Positions 40,068-50,338 of a stretch of 64,000 nucleotides of DNA are shown one piece after another. The DNA lies in the sequence record MZ436830.1; one strand, given 5' to 3'. The notes beneath the pieces are model-generated. The model was given only the letters and a program-made list of their open reading frames with translations. It did no database searches and was not told where the DNA came from. This DNA comes from Escherichia phage JK1. The position numbers and the translations under genes are program-made. Each line of letters opens with the position of its first letter. Positions within the stretch are counted from its first letter, which is position 1.

Positions 40068-40280
40068 CTATTCCTTACTAAGAGCAGCATTCAGCTTGTT
40101 AGTAATTTTATCCAGACGCTCATTGAACTCACTAGAAGATAAGCCCTTTTCTGGAGAAATTAAACTAATCACGAAAAATACAACAATAAAAGGAATAAGA
40201 AAAATAGCTCCAACTGCCATAAACAGAAAGAACGTTACAGTTGTAAGAAAATCAGCTAAACCTTTACGAAATTTATACAT
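40068..40280 (-). CDS. small membrane protein
   Basis: 70 aa, one long TM segment. Confidence 0.45.
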   Translation of the reverse strand: MYKFRKGLADFLTTVTFFLFMAVGAIFLIPFIVVFFVISLISPEKGLSSSEFNERLDKITNKLNAALSKE

Positions 40281-40395
40281 ATTTTACCCTTAATTGATTA
40301 ACCAAGCATTGATAAGCACTAAACTATATTGCGAATAAAATTCTGGACCAAAATGAAAAATCATATCATTTATAGTGTCCATAATATAATTCAAT

Positions 40396-40866
40396 TTAAT
40401 CATGTTTCCACACCCCATCGGTATTTGACCAAAGTCGCTGATTATCTGATCCTCGCCACAGCTTTTTAGTCGGAAGATTTTTCTCATACTTCCCATCAAT
40501 AATAACATCAACATATTTAAGCATTTCTAGTTGTTTAATATCTTCAAACTTATATCCTGTCCACAACCAAATGCTTTTATTGGGATAAAGATTTTTTACT
40601 GTTTGAACCACAGAGTGAATCACGTCTCTGTTATCAGGATAAAGAGGGTCACCTCCGGTTATAGTTAATCCTTCTATATAATCATTATTCAAACATTCAA
40701 TCAATTGTTCTAGTGTTTCACCAGTAAATGGAATACCATTTCTAGCATTCCATGTTGATTTATTATAACACCCTTCGCATTTATGCAAACAACCTGTAAC
40801 GAAAAGAACGACCCTGCAACCAGGGCCATTAACAAAATCGCAAGGATAAAATCTATCATAATTCAT
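40396..40866 (-). CDS. nrdG: anaerobic ribonucleotide reductase activating protein (radical SAM)
   Basis: 156 aa; CLHKCEGCYN cluster motif. Confidence 0.85.
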   Translation of the reverse strand: MNYDRFYPCDFVNGPGCRVVLFVTGCLHKCEGCYNKSTWNARNGIPFTGETLEQLIECLNNDYIEGLTITGGDPLYPDNRDVIHSVVQTVKNLYPNKSIWLWTGYKFEDIKQLEMLKYVDVIIDGKYEKNLPTKKLWRGSDNQRLWSNTDGVWKHD

Positions 40867-42680
40867 TGGTGTTTAACCCTATGCATGATTTCTTTATTTT
40901 TACCGAGATTAAATCCGCGTTCGTTTGGATTTCCCAAATAACCACATGTTCTTCTTATGGTGTTCATCTTTTTAGGATCAGTTTCTCCACAAATAGAACA
41001 AACAAATCCGTTTTCAGTAGGAGTCATTTCATGGGTACTTCCACATGTAAAACATTTATCTACTGGCATATTAACACCAAAATAATCTAAATGTTGTGCA
41101 GCATAATCCCATACGGCCTCAAGACCTTTCAAGTTATTTTTCATATCAGGAAGTTCAACATAAGAAATGTGACCACCTGTCGCAATGAAATGATATGGCG
41201 CTTCACGAGAAATCTTTTCAAACGGAGTAATATTTTCTTCTACTGAAACGTGGAAACTGTTAGTGTACCAGCCTTTATCGGTAACATCTTTTACACTTCC
41301 ATATTTTTCTGTATCAAGTTTACAGAAGCGATAACAAAGGTTTTCAGCAGGAGTCGAATATAAACTAAAAGCAAATCCAGTTCTTTCAGTCCACTGTTTA
41401 AGATGAGCATTCATTTTAGTTAAAATTTCTTGTCCAATATCACGACCGACAAGAATATTCAATTCGTGAATACCAATGTATCCTAGGGACACTGAACTTC
41501 TACCGTTTTTAAATAACTCAATTATGTCGTCATCAGGTTTAAGACGAACCCCGAATGCACCTTCTTGGTAAAGAATAGGAGCAACAGTAGCTTTAACTCC
41601 TTTTAAGGAACTAATTCTACACATCAATGCTTCAAAACACAGATCCATTCGTTCATTGAACAATTCAACAAATTTCTGTTCATTGAATTGTGTTCCAATA
41701 TAAGAATCTAACGCGATGCGAGGAAGATTCAATGTTACAACACCAAGATTATTACGTCCATCAAGAATTTCATTACCGGTCGAATCTTTCCATACGCTCA
41801 AGAAACTACGGCATCCCATCGGAGAAACAGGAACAGATGAACCAGTGATAGCTTTATTGTTCTTAGCCGAAATGATGTCAGGATACATTCTTTTGCTTGC
41901 GCACTCTAAAGCAAGCTGCTTAATATCATAGTTCGGGTCGTCTTTATAAAGATTAACACCTTCTTCAACGAACATAACAAGCTTAGGGAAAATAGGAGTT
42001 ATCCCATCACGACCAAGACCTTTAATACGATTTTTCAGAATTGCTTTCTGAATCATTCGTTCAGTCCAGTCAGTTCCCGTACCAAATGTAATTGTTACAA
42101 AAGGCGTTTGTCCGTTTGAACTAAAGAGAGTATTTACTTCATATTCATAAGCTTGGAATGCATCGTATACGTCTTTTTCTGTTTTAGATTGAGCATAATT
42201 CAATGCATCAGCGATTTGCCATTTTTCTGCATCCTCAATATGTTTTGCATAGGTGCGTTTAACATAAGGAGAAAGTACTTTATCTACATTAGCAAAAGTC
42301 GTTCCGCCGTATTGGTGAGAAGCAACCTGTGCAGTAATTTGTGCCATAATTGCAGTAGCAACACCGATTGATTTAGGAGTTTCAATCTGTGCATTACCAA
42401 GCTTAAATCCGTTCTCAAGCATTCCTTTTAAATCTACTAAACAGCAATTAGTAAATGGAAGAGCAGGGGAATAATCAATATCATGGAAATGGATAATTCC
42501 GCTTTCATGAGCTTTCATAATAAAAGACGGGACCATATTTTTGGCAATGTGTTTAGACACAATACCAGCCATAAGGTCCCGTTGAGTTGGAAAAACACGA
42601 GAATCTTTATTAGCATTCTCGTTTAAAAGGTCTTTATTAGTTTTATGAATCAATCCTTCAATTTCTTTTTCAATTGTCAT
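40863..42680 (-). CDS. nrdD: anaerobic ribonucleotide reductase, uninterrupted
   Basis: 605 aa; C-terminal Zn ribbon CFTCG...CSICG and glycyl radical region. Confidence 0.9.
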   Translation of the reverse strand: MTIEKEIEGLIHKTNKDLLNENANKDSRVFPTQRDLMAGIVSKHIAKNMVPSFIMKAHESGIIHFHDIDYSPALPFTNCCLVDLKGMLENGFKLGNAQIETPKSIGVATAIMAQITAQVASHQYGGTTFANVDKVLSPYVKRTYAKHIEDAEKWQIADALNYAQSKTEKDVYDAFQAYEYEVNTLFSSNGQTPFVTITFGTGTDWTERMIQKAILKNRIKGLGRDGITPIFPKLVMFVEEGVNLYKDDPNYDIKQLALECASKRMYPDIISAKNNKAITGSSVPVSPMGCRSFLSVWKDSTGNEILDGRNNLGVVTLNLPRIALDSYIGTQFNEQKFVELFNERMDLCFEALMCRISSLKGVKATVAPILYQEGAFGVRLKPDDDIIELFKNGRSSVSLGYIGIHELNILVGRDIGQEILTKMNAHLKQWTERTGFAFSLYSTPAENLCYRFCKLDTEKYGSVKDVTDKGWYTNSFHVSVEENITPFEKISREAPYHFIATGGHISYVELPDMKNNLKGLEAVWDYAAQHLDYFGVNMPVDKCFTCGSTHEMTPTENGFVCSICGETDPKKMNTIRRTCGYLGNPNERGFNLGKNKEIMHRVKHQ

Positions 42681-43150
42681 TTTAAACTCTTTCTAAGCTG
42701 CTTCTTAAATGAAGCTATTAACTGTGTTTTGGTGTCAGATTCATTATATTCAAATCCTCTTTGAAGCATCTCGGCCATCATTTCCTCTTTTCCTAAACGA
42801 GAAAATTCCTTTGATTTATCTCCAACAAAGTTAGGGTGAATATTATTTTGGGTGTAATCGGATTTTAAGTAAGTAAGTAAATTTTCTAACCATTCAAGAT
42901 AATCAACACCTTGTCCCTTTAAGCCAGAACGATTAAATTTATGCTTCATTTGACCTTCTGCGGCATTACAGAGATTACAAAGCAATCCACGTACCTTTCC
43001 TGCTTTTGGTCCATTTAATTCATGGTCATGGTCGAGGTGATTAGCTTGAACATCAGGATTTAGTTCTCGTTGGCAAATTAAGCATTTACCGTTTTGTGCA
43101 TCATAAAATTTCTGTTTTTCTTCTTTATATAATTTGCCAGTCAATAACAT
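42677..43150 (-). CDS. 49: endonuclease VII (Holliday junction resolvase)
   Basis: 157 aa; CLICQ...HLDHDH...CNLCN. Confidence 0.85.
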   Translation of the reverse strand: MLLTGKLYKEEKQKFYDAQNGKCLICQRELNPDVQANHLDHDHELNGPKAGKVRGLLCNLCNAAEGQMKHKFNRSGLKGQGVDYLEWLENLLTYLKSDYTQNNIHPNFVGDKSKEFSRLGKEEMMAEMLQRGFEYNESDTKTQLIASFKKQLRKSLK

Positions 43151-43192
43151 AATAAAACCCTTACCTTAAATAGATAAGGGTATTTATTATTT

Positions 43193-43696
43193 TCAAGTAT
43201 TGTAAAACATTTGATTCAATCGCTTATATTGCCGAATCTTTTGGTCAGAAAAAGAAATTTGGGTTTCAAGCCATTCAATATATTCTGCCGCAGCTTGCAT
43301 CAAATTTCCTTCATAGCCATCGTTATTTTCTTGTGCAGCTAATTTAGCTAATGCATATGAAATACGTTCACCTTGAAAATCGGCTTTAGGCTTCTGAACA
43401 ACTTGATTAGTTCGCTCTACAACTTCTTCAATTTCGCCATTTTCGACTGATTCAGTATTCCACAAGCACCAATACGTAATTGGCTTATCGTAGATGTTAA
43501 TAATCTTTCCATCAGAAAGTTCAATTTCAATAATTCCAGTGTCAGGCTCTATATCATCTTCACATTCTTTTGCAAGTTCACGAACTTTAAAGACAGTACC
43601 TGCACTAAGTTCCGGCCAGTAATTACACAGCCCTGTATCAGCACGATTAATTCTAAACCACTTATCTACTGTAATCATGTCCCATCTCCATATCAA
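43193..43696 (-). CDS. hypothetical protein (pin position)
   Basis: 167-aa ORF; identity by position only. Confidence 0.4.
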   Translation of the reverse strand: MIWRWDMITVDKWFRINRADTGLCNYWPELSAGTVFKVRELAKECEDDIEPDTGIIEIELSDGKIINIYDKPITYWCLWNTESVENGEIEEVVERTNQVVQKPKADFQGERISYALAKLAAQENNDGYEGNLMQAAAEYIEWLETQISFSDQKIRQYKRLNQMFYNT

Positions 43697-43801
43697 TTAA
43701 GTCATTTATCGTTGGTTCATTATATACTGTTTCTTCATCAGTGTAAACCGGTTCTTCCAGCTCTGGCTCTACAGTTTCCCATCTAGCCGCCCACCAAGGT
43801 T

Positions 43802-44122
43802 TTATAGCGTAATCCATTCTCGTACTGTCTGAGTTACTACACGTTCATGGGGCTCGACTAGTTCAACAGTCGGAACTGCATAATACCAGTCAGAATGATA
43901 AGAACCTGACCGAGATTCATTTACAGCCACATGTACATTATGTTTTGGACTAAAGTAAACACACTGACGATATTGACATTTACCATCTTGCACCCAGTCT
44001 TCTATTTCGACAGGTTTAAGATAATCGGAAAAATCGAAATCATAGTTTTCCGAAAATGCATCATGGTCTTCAATGATTTCGCTCAGAACTGCATCAACAT
44101 CTAATTTATTTTCAATAGTCAT
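43802..44122 (-). CDS. hypothetical protein
   Basis: 106-aa ORF. Confidence 0.45.
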   Translation of the reverse strand: MTIENKLDVDAVLSEIIEDHDAFSENYDFDFSDYLKPVEIEDWVQDGKCQYRQCVYFSPKHNVHVAVNESRSGSYHSDWYYAVPTVELVEPHERVVTQTVREWITL

Positions 44123-44305
44123 TTTTCACCAATTAATTTCGCAATTTATTAAGTTCTTCATCATCAATCCAGGATTCTAGTCCTGATGGCAGGTCACATT
44201 CAATTTCCCAAAGAAGTTCTTCAATTTTCTGAAGACGATCTAGTTCTTCAGCTGGAATAGTAACCATTGACGGAGCTCGTGATACATTAATATCGTAAAT
44301 CATAT

Positions 44306-44521
44306 TTACCCCAATTTAACCATACAATCGCCGTATTTCCACTTAGAAATAGACTTTTCACCGTTAGAATAATAAACTTCGAGTTTAGCACGATTATTTT
44401 TAATTTGAATAACCTTGGCTGTCATCAAAGTTCCATACCCATAGTAAACTGCAACTTCATCACCTACATATACCGCGCTTCCGCGGTAATCATGGATATA
44501 ATCAGTTCCTTCGAGAATCAT
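44306..44521 (-). CDS. small hypothetical protein
   Basis: 71-aa ORF. Confidence 0.45.
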   Translation of the reverse strand: MILEGTDYIHDYRGSAVYVGDEVAVYYGYGTLMTAKVIQIKNNRAKLEVYYSNGEKSISKWKYGDCMVKLG

Positions 44522-44781
44522 TTAAAGTATTCTCGCAATTGGTCAAATCCACCAATATGACTTCCATCAGGAGCAAATACCTGAGGCATTGTTAAGCCGA
44601 TTTGAGTATCACGACCTAGTTTAGTCAGAAGCTCAGCAATTTTCTCATCATCAAAAACACCTTTTTCCGGCATAATGTTGATAAATTCAAACGGCTGTTT
44701 CTTCACGGTCAAAAGACGTTTTGCATTATCACAATACACGCATTTATGAATGCTGCTATCATAACCATATACTTTAAACAT
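44518..44781 (-). CDS. nrdC: thioredoxin/glutaredoxin NrdC
   Basis: 87 aa; CVYC active site. Confidence 0.8.
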   Translation of the reverse strand: MFKVYGYDSSIHKCVYCDNAKRLLTVKKQPFEFINIMPEKGVFDDEKIAELLTKLGRDTQIGLTMPQVFAPDGSHIGGFDQLREYFK

Positions 44782-44782
44782 A

Positions 44783-45025
44783 TTATTCCTTAATTCCTAG
44801 TACTTGTTTAAAAGTCTCGTCGTAATCAAGACTTTGGCCCGTTTGTTCTTTATGTTTGTATATAATATCACTTACTTCTGATAGCATATTTTTATATGAA
44901 CGAGTTAAAGCAGATTTAAGCACGCTGTATCTATCAGGAAATTTACCATGTTCATTATAATACGCTATTGCTAATTCACGGACTGCCTTTTCAGCAGTCT
45001 CCATATATTCTTTACGCTTTGTCAT
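44783..45025 (-). CDS. hypothetical protein
   Basis: start trimmed to MTKRKEY. Confidence 0.4.
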
Positions 45026-45326
45026 TTTCTTCTCGGTCAAATCGGTGTTTACAATGGCGGCATTTATAACGAAGATTACTAGTCTGCCAATGAACCAATT
45101 GCACCTGTTCAGTTCCGCATTCAGGGCAATTAGGAACGTTTTTAGAAGCACGTTCGCGGCGTTCAACCATGACCATTACAGAATCCCAATTAATAGGGCT
45201 GCTATAATCATCACAACCATGAATCTTTCCACGCATTTCCAAATCGTCTTCTTCACCAGCCATAATAATTTTAATTAGACTGGAATTACTAGAAGCTGCA
45301 ATATCTTCTAATAGACGCTTTTTCAT
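45012..45326 (-). CDS. zinc-finger protein
   Basis: 104 aa; CPECG...CRHC. Confidence 0.45.
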
Positions 45327-46249
45327 TTCAATACCTCAATAGCATTACGTAAACCATTTGCTTTTGCATTAAGAGCTTTTAACAATTTGGTGTGTTCTGC
45401 AATTTGGGCTTCAACTTCAATCAAACGAGTATTGAGATATTCGCGTTCTTCTTTCATAGTATCATTCCCATGATTGGGTTTTGACGTAGGTTTAAATTCA
45501 CTAGGGTCCTTTAACTTAATAACAACTTTAGTTTCAAACAACGAAAGACCATAATTTGTATTATCATCAAAGGATTCAACTACATCCATTTTAGATAATA
45601 ACATACGCAAATTATAAGTCAAAGAACGAATTGTTTCATTGTGTTTATTAGCTTCACGCGGTTTCATATACGGAAGATTTTTATATATCTCGTGCGGAGC
45701 ACAGATAATAACTGATAATTCAGATGATTTATTCTGGGATGATGGAATGAATTTAGCCGTAACCCAGTCTTTTACATTCACATTAATAGTACGATCATCG
45801 CCATGACAAAACAGTCTACGAGAATGCTTAAAAAGCATATTCACGTTATTATTGAATTCGTGTGAAAACTCACTAGTAAATTTTTCTTTACTATTTTTAG
45901 AAAACCATTCTTCTAAATAAGTTCTTTTCACGTCGTTAATAATATTAAATGTAACAACACTAGCATTTGATACATTAGTCTCAATGTAGCTTGGATACAT
46001 AAATTTTTTAATGTTCTCACGAGCTACAGTAGAAGATAACACACGAGAACGCTTGAACCACTCAAGTAAAGAACCAAGAGATTGTGAATACGCATTCTGA
46101 GTATCCTTACAGATATGATTTTCCTGTCCAGTATAATCTAAAAAATCACGAAGAATATTATTGATTACTGCTCTGTGTCCGATTTGATAATTACGGTGTT
46201 TAGTAATAAGACTGTCAAAATAATCAATATAATGTTTACGAGTTTTCAT
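45323..46249 (-). CDS. hypothetical protein with C-terminal coiled coil (tandem family member 1)
   Basis: 308-aa ORF. Confidence 0.5.
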   Translation of the reverse strand: MKTRKHYIDYFDSLITKHRNYQIGHRAVINNILRDFLDYTGQENHICKDTQNAYSQSLGSLLEWFKRSRVLSSTVARENIKKFMYPSYIETNVSNASVVTFNIINDVKRTYLEEWFSKNSKEKFTSEFSHEFNNNVNMLFKHSRRLFCHGDDRTINVNVKDWVTAKFIPSSQNKSSELSVIICAPHEIYKNLPYMKPREANKHNETIRSLTYNLRMLLSKMDVVESFDDNTNYGLSLFETKVVIKLKDPSEFKPTSKPNHGNDTMKEEREYLNTRLIEVEAQIAEHTKLLKALNAKANGLRNAIEVLK

Positions 46250-46301
46250 GTTCTTCTCACTTGGTTAATGATTTATACTCCGAGCCATCCTTGGCTTTAA
46301 A

Positions 46302-47303
46302 TTACTTAATTAACTGTAAAGCTTGTTCCAGACGATCAAGACGATTAACGGATTCTTCCCAAATCTTTTTAGCCTGCTCATATTCTTTGTGCGCTTTATT
46401 AGAAATTTCTAGAACTTCTTTATAAGCTTTTTCTAGTGCAATAACTTCTGGACGAATTTCTATCGGTTCAGGTGAATCGTCAAGACATTCCATTAGTTCC
46501 TCAAGGGTAGTTTCTTCTTTAGGAGTATTCACAATTTCATCACATTTTTGTTGGTAAATTTCTTTATCAGTCGGTGAGTACGCACACTTTACTTCACGAA
46601 GACTAATTACAATTTTATATCCTTCCCATCCGCATATATTCTTAAAAGGATATGTATGAATACTTTTTACAGTTTCCATACAGCCCAAAGCCATCTCTAA
46701 TTGATGAGTTATAGTGCTAGCAATTGAGAAAAATTTATTAATGTTCTTTTGATTAGCTGCTGGTGTAAAAAATCCATAATTCACAAAAATAGCTACTTTA
46801 TTTTTATCAAGCTCATATTCTTTTACGATAATCATATCAGAAGCCAAAGGATGAATTTGACGATAATCGCCATAACATAATTTAGAAGCTGATTTTAGAA
46901 TTTGTCCTTTGAAAAGTCTGAAATTACTAATCCAACGACGAGTAAAAATATTCTCAGGGTCTTCTTTGATATTAAGATGATAAGAATTAACATCACCGAA
47001 CCAATTATATCCTACTACATCTTTAGTTCGTTTAATTTCTTTCCCAAAATTACCAAGAATATCCCTATTAACCAAATATGAAAGAAGACGAGACCCTTTA
47101 AAGGTTTTCTTAATGGCATCTTTATCTGTACGACTAGAAATTTCACGAACTTCATGAATAAATTTGCCGGAAGAAACAATACTTGCATCAGTATTATTGA
47201 GCCATTGATTGATAATAGAAAGAACACTATTTTGGCCAAACAGCGGTATAACTTTATCATCAATAACGCTATTGAATGATTTGATATATTCGTTACGAGT
47301 CAT
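46302..47303 (-). CDS. hypothetical protein with C-terminal coiled coil (family member 2)
   Basis: start trimmed to ATG with GAGGAG SD. Confidence 0.5.
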   Translation of the reverse strand: MTRNEYIKSFNSVIDDKVIPLFGQNSVLSIINQWLNNTDASIVSSGKFIHEVREISSRTDKDAIKKTFKGSRLLSYLVNRDILGNFGKEIKRTKDVVGYNWFGDVNSYHLNIKEDPENIFTRRWISNFRLFKGQILKSASKLCYGDYRQIHPLASDMIIVKEYELDKNKVAIFVNYGFFTPAANQKNINKFFSIASTITHQLEMALGCMETVKSIHTYPFKNICGWEGYKIVISLREVKCAYSPTDKEIYQQKCDEIVNTPKEETTLEELMECLDDSPEPIEIRPEVIALEKAYKEVLEISNKAHKEYEQAKKIWEESVNRLDRLEQALQLIK

Positions 47304-47331
47304 AATAATCTCCTCAGTAGAAAGTAAGAAC

Positions 47332-47361
47332 ATTATACCACATCCTTGTGGCAAAGTAAAC
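47332..47361 (-). promoter_or_regulatory. early promoter, near-identical copy of the 2429-2458 promoter
   Basis: GTTTAC-N18-TGGTATAAT. Confidence 0.55.
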
Positions 47362-48383
47362 TAGTTCAGTGCATTTAGTGCATTGTTCAGTTTAGAACGT
47401 TGCTTCGTGAGATTTTTGACTTTTTCTTGAGCTTTTTCTAGCATCTTTTCAGCTTCTAACACTTCATTAGTTGCTTTAACGAGTTCATCATCTACTGCCT
47501 TGATAGACTTCTCAATCGCATGTGCATGCCATTTTTCAACAGGTTTAAGACTCGGATTTTCAATAGGAAGAAAATTCACTTTATTGAATTTCCATGCATC
47601 CTTATTACCTGAACTATACATCCAAAATTTAGGATCGTTTGATAAGTAATTAGATAAATTTAAGTTATCTTGCACTTCTTGCTTTTTCTCTTGCGTAACT
47701 TCGTCCTTTCTCAAAAAATCGTATTTAAATGAAACGATCATATCAAGTTCATATGTTGTTGTGTCTAATTTAAATCGTTCGAAATGCTGTGAAATCTTAG
47801 ACTGAACTGCAGCAACAACATCCATATACTTAAATGCTTCTGTCAACTGCGATTTAAGGCATTCGCAAATTGAAAGAGAATTTTTTGTATTAGGTTTAAA
47901 GCTAATTCGTGCAGTTCTATTATTTTCTTTTAATGGTCTTACTTCCATCTGAAGAGTATAACCATCAAATTTCAGGTTCTTTAAGTTAATGTCAGAACCT
48001 TTTAATCGACTAGCCGTCGACAAAATTTGCTTTAATTGTTTACGGAATAGAGCAATAAATCTCCATTCAATACGATAATGATTTGGATTGAAAAATCCAG
48101 ATGATAAATCAACCTTACTCTGACCAACACCTTGAACAAATAGAGGATTTTTATAATCAATAGTTTTACAGAAATCGGTGAGCTGCTCACGAGCAGTCAT
48201 TTGTGTAATATACCCCGCTTTACTAAAATGACGTAACCATTCACTGCTATTCAGATGTTTAAAGGCGTGAATGGAACAATTAACTTTACCAAGGTCTAAA
48301 TTATTTTCGCACAAAAATGTCATAGCATCACGAGTATAGCTGGCATTACGAACCATATCTTCAATTTGAGAACGAGTTTTCAT
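47361..48383 (-). CDS. hypothetical protein with C-terminal coiled coil (family member 3)
   Basis: 340-aa ORF. Confidence 0.5.
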   Translation of the reverse strand: MKTRSQIEDMVRNASYTRDAMTFLCENNLDLGKVNCSIHAFKHLNSSEWLRHFSKAGYITQMTAREQLTDFCKTIDYKNPLFVQGVGQSKVDLSSGFFNPNHYRIEWRFIALFRKQLKQILSTASRLKGSDINLKNLKFDGYTLQMEVRPLKENNRTARISFKPNTKNSLSICECLKSQLTEAFKYMDVVAAVQSKISQHFERFKLDTTTYELDMIVSFKYDFLRKDEVTQEKKQEVQDNLNLSNYLSNDPKFWMYSSGNKDAWKFNKVNFLPIENPSLKPVEKWHAHAIEKSIKAVDDELVKATNEVLEAEKMLEKAQEKVKNLTKQRSKLNNALNALN

Positions 48384-48391
48384 GGTGTTCC

Positions 48392-49294
48392 TTAAGATTT
48401 AAGTAAATCAACAATTTTAATTAATTTTTCACGCTCAGATTTAGCTTTACTACTCAATCCAGATAGTCTGAAAATTTCATCGTCATATTGTTGAATAGAA
48501 ATATTCAGCTCTTCAATCTGTTTATTAAAATAATCAATTTGTTCAGAATGTTTTTCGTTACTACGAACTGGTACAGGTTTTGTAGGCAATTTAGTTAAAC
48601 TGGATTCATCCGGGCGATAAATTAAAATACAATTTGAACCAATCGGGCATTTAGCACCAGACACATATTCTAATGTTCCAGCTTCTTTTAAAACTTCAAA
48701 AGCTAAACAGAGATGATGCCCCATATTGACATAATCTGTAGAGTGAGCTCTGACGTAATAATCATCTCCACGAGTGCTAAATTTAAAGCATTTAAGGTCT
48801 TCTGTATTATTAGTTTTAAAAATCATTTGTTTATCTAGACCTTTAGCCAATCGAGCACCTAATGCTAATAATCGTCGTTGATTTTCCCACAAATCCTCAA
48901 TCATTTGATCAAATGATAATTTCGGCATTAGTCGACCATAAAGGTCATATCCTTTATTATAATTACGAAGGATTTCACTCGCATTAATACGAGACAACGC
49001 TCCAATTTTATTAAGGGCTTTCATGATGCGATTAGATAAACTCATTCCAGACCCGTTTGTTCGCTGTAAATGTTTTTCTAATCCAAATCCAATATCAACT
49101 TTAAACTTATCTAAAATTTCTGCATGAACATCTCTGTCAATAACATTCAAATCCAAAGTTGGGTTAAATCTATGAAAAAATTTATCTGGCTCTCCACGAC
49201 GAAGTACAGTCCATTCATTCAATTTTTTATTAACTAAAGATTTAATTACTGCATTGACATTATTAATTACTACTGACATATTTTTCTCACTCAA
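48392..49294 (-). CDS. hypothetical protein with C-terminal coiled coil (family member 4)
   Basis: 300-aa ORF. Confidence 0.5.
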   Translation of the reverse strand: MSEKNMSVVINNVNAVIKSLVNKKLNEWTVLRRGEPDKFFHRFNPTLDLNVIDRDVHAEILDKFKVDIGFGLEKHLQRTNGSGMSLSNRIMKALNKIGALSRINASEILRNYNKGYDLYGRLMPKLSFDQMIEDLWENQRRLLALGARLAKGLDKQMIFKTNNTEDLKCFKFSTRGDDYYVRAHSTDYVNMGHHLCLAFEVLKEAGTLEYVSGAKCPIGSNCILIYRPDESSLTKLPTKPVPVRSNEKHSEQIDYFNKQIEELNISIQQYDDEIFRLSGLSSKAKSEREKLIKIVDLLKS

Positions 49295-49695
49295 TTTTCA
49301 ATTTTACTAAATACACAGAATATGATGGAAAAGACTATATAAGCACCACACACAGATTGAACTAATACCATTCCAAAGAACCAAACAATATTATCAAACA
49401 ATGTCTGTTTTACGTCGAAAGGACGTAAACTTACAGTAATATTATCGCCTTTTTCTATTGATGAATACATCTCTGGAGAAATATATTCACTAAATCTATA
49501 ACCGTCTTTGAGTTCATATACAGCAATAAACGATAAACTAGACCCCTTTCCTTGAGTTCCTGTAAGGGTATTAACTACAGTAACATCATAATCTTTATAA
49601 TGCATATAATCATTAATTGCGTAATAACCATATGCAACTACTACACATAAACAACATATCAATAAATTCAATCTTTTAATTATCAACTGTTTCAT
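49291..49695 (-). CDS. membrane protein (2 TM)
   Basis: 134 aa, N- and C-terminal hydrophobic segments. Confidence 0.5.
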   Translation of the reverse strand: MKQLIIKRLNLLICCLCVVVAYGYYAINDYMHYKDYDVTVVNTLTGTQGKGSSLSFIAVYELKDGYRFSEYISPEMYSSIEKGDNITVSLRPFDVKQTLFDNIVWFFGMVLVQSVCGAYIVFSIIFCVFSKIEN

Positions 49696-49750
49696 AATAA
49701 TCTCAGTTAAAAGGGCTTAGAACCATTATACCATCCTTGGTATAAAGCGG

Positions 49751-50278
49751 TTATGCGAGTACCGTCTTTAACCGTTCTTCAAACTTCCGAAGAGTATTTT
49801 GGCGTTCAGCTCTTTGCTTTTTGTAAGTTTCAATACGCTCTGAAATGAGAGTGTATCGTTCATTTACTGATTCTTTCATAAAATCAGGAATTTCACGAGA
49901 AGCTTTAATCTCGTCAAATTTATCAATAACAGCTTGCTCTTCAGCAATTAAGTTATCATACATCAAAATATCTTTCTTGATGAACTCAATATCTTCTTGA
50001 GTTACGCGAGATAATTTAGATGCTTTATCCTTTTTGTACTGTTCGTTAGTATCACGAGACCAGTGTAATGTACGATTTTTATTCGTATTCTTATAAATTT
50101 CTACAATACCAATCTCATCAATAATAACGATCCAATTCCAACGGGATTTGTAAATTTGTCCTCCATCAACTGTGATTTCACCTCCGATTGAGATGTCATT
50201 AAAGAACTTGCTTTGTGCTTCAGATTTAAATTTACCATCGTTGTAATTTACCAAGTTGAAAATATCTTTAGCGTTCAT
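49751..50278 (-). CDS. hypothetical protein
   Basis: 175-aa ORF. Confidence 0.5.
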   Translation of the reverse strand: MNAKDIFNLVNYNDGKFKSEAQSKFFNDISIGGEITVDGGQIYKSRWNWIVIIDEIGIVEIYKNTNKNRTLHWSRDTNEQYKKDKASKLSRVTQEDIEFIKKDILMYDNLIAEEQAVIDKFDEIKASREIPDFMKESVNERYTLISERIETYKKQRAERQNTLRKFEERLKTVLA

Positions 50279-50338
50279 TTTCTGTTCCTCCGTAGTTGAT
50301 AGTTGTATAATACCACAGAGGAACAGTCTTGTAAACCA

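Noticed and set aside
40290-40514. 74-aa minus-strand ORF overlapping nrdG
   Set aside because: Out-of-frame overlap with the radical-SAM activase gene; no independent start signal.
47015-47263. 82-aa minus-strand ORF nested in 46302-47303
   Set aside because: Alternative frame inside a longer ORF that has a good SD.
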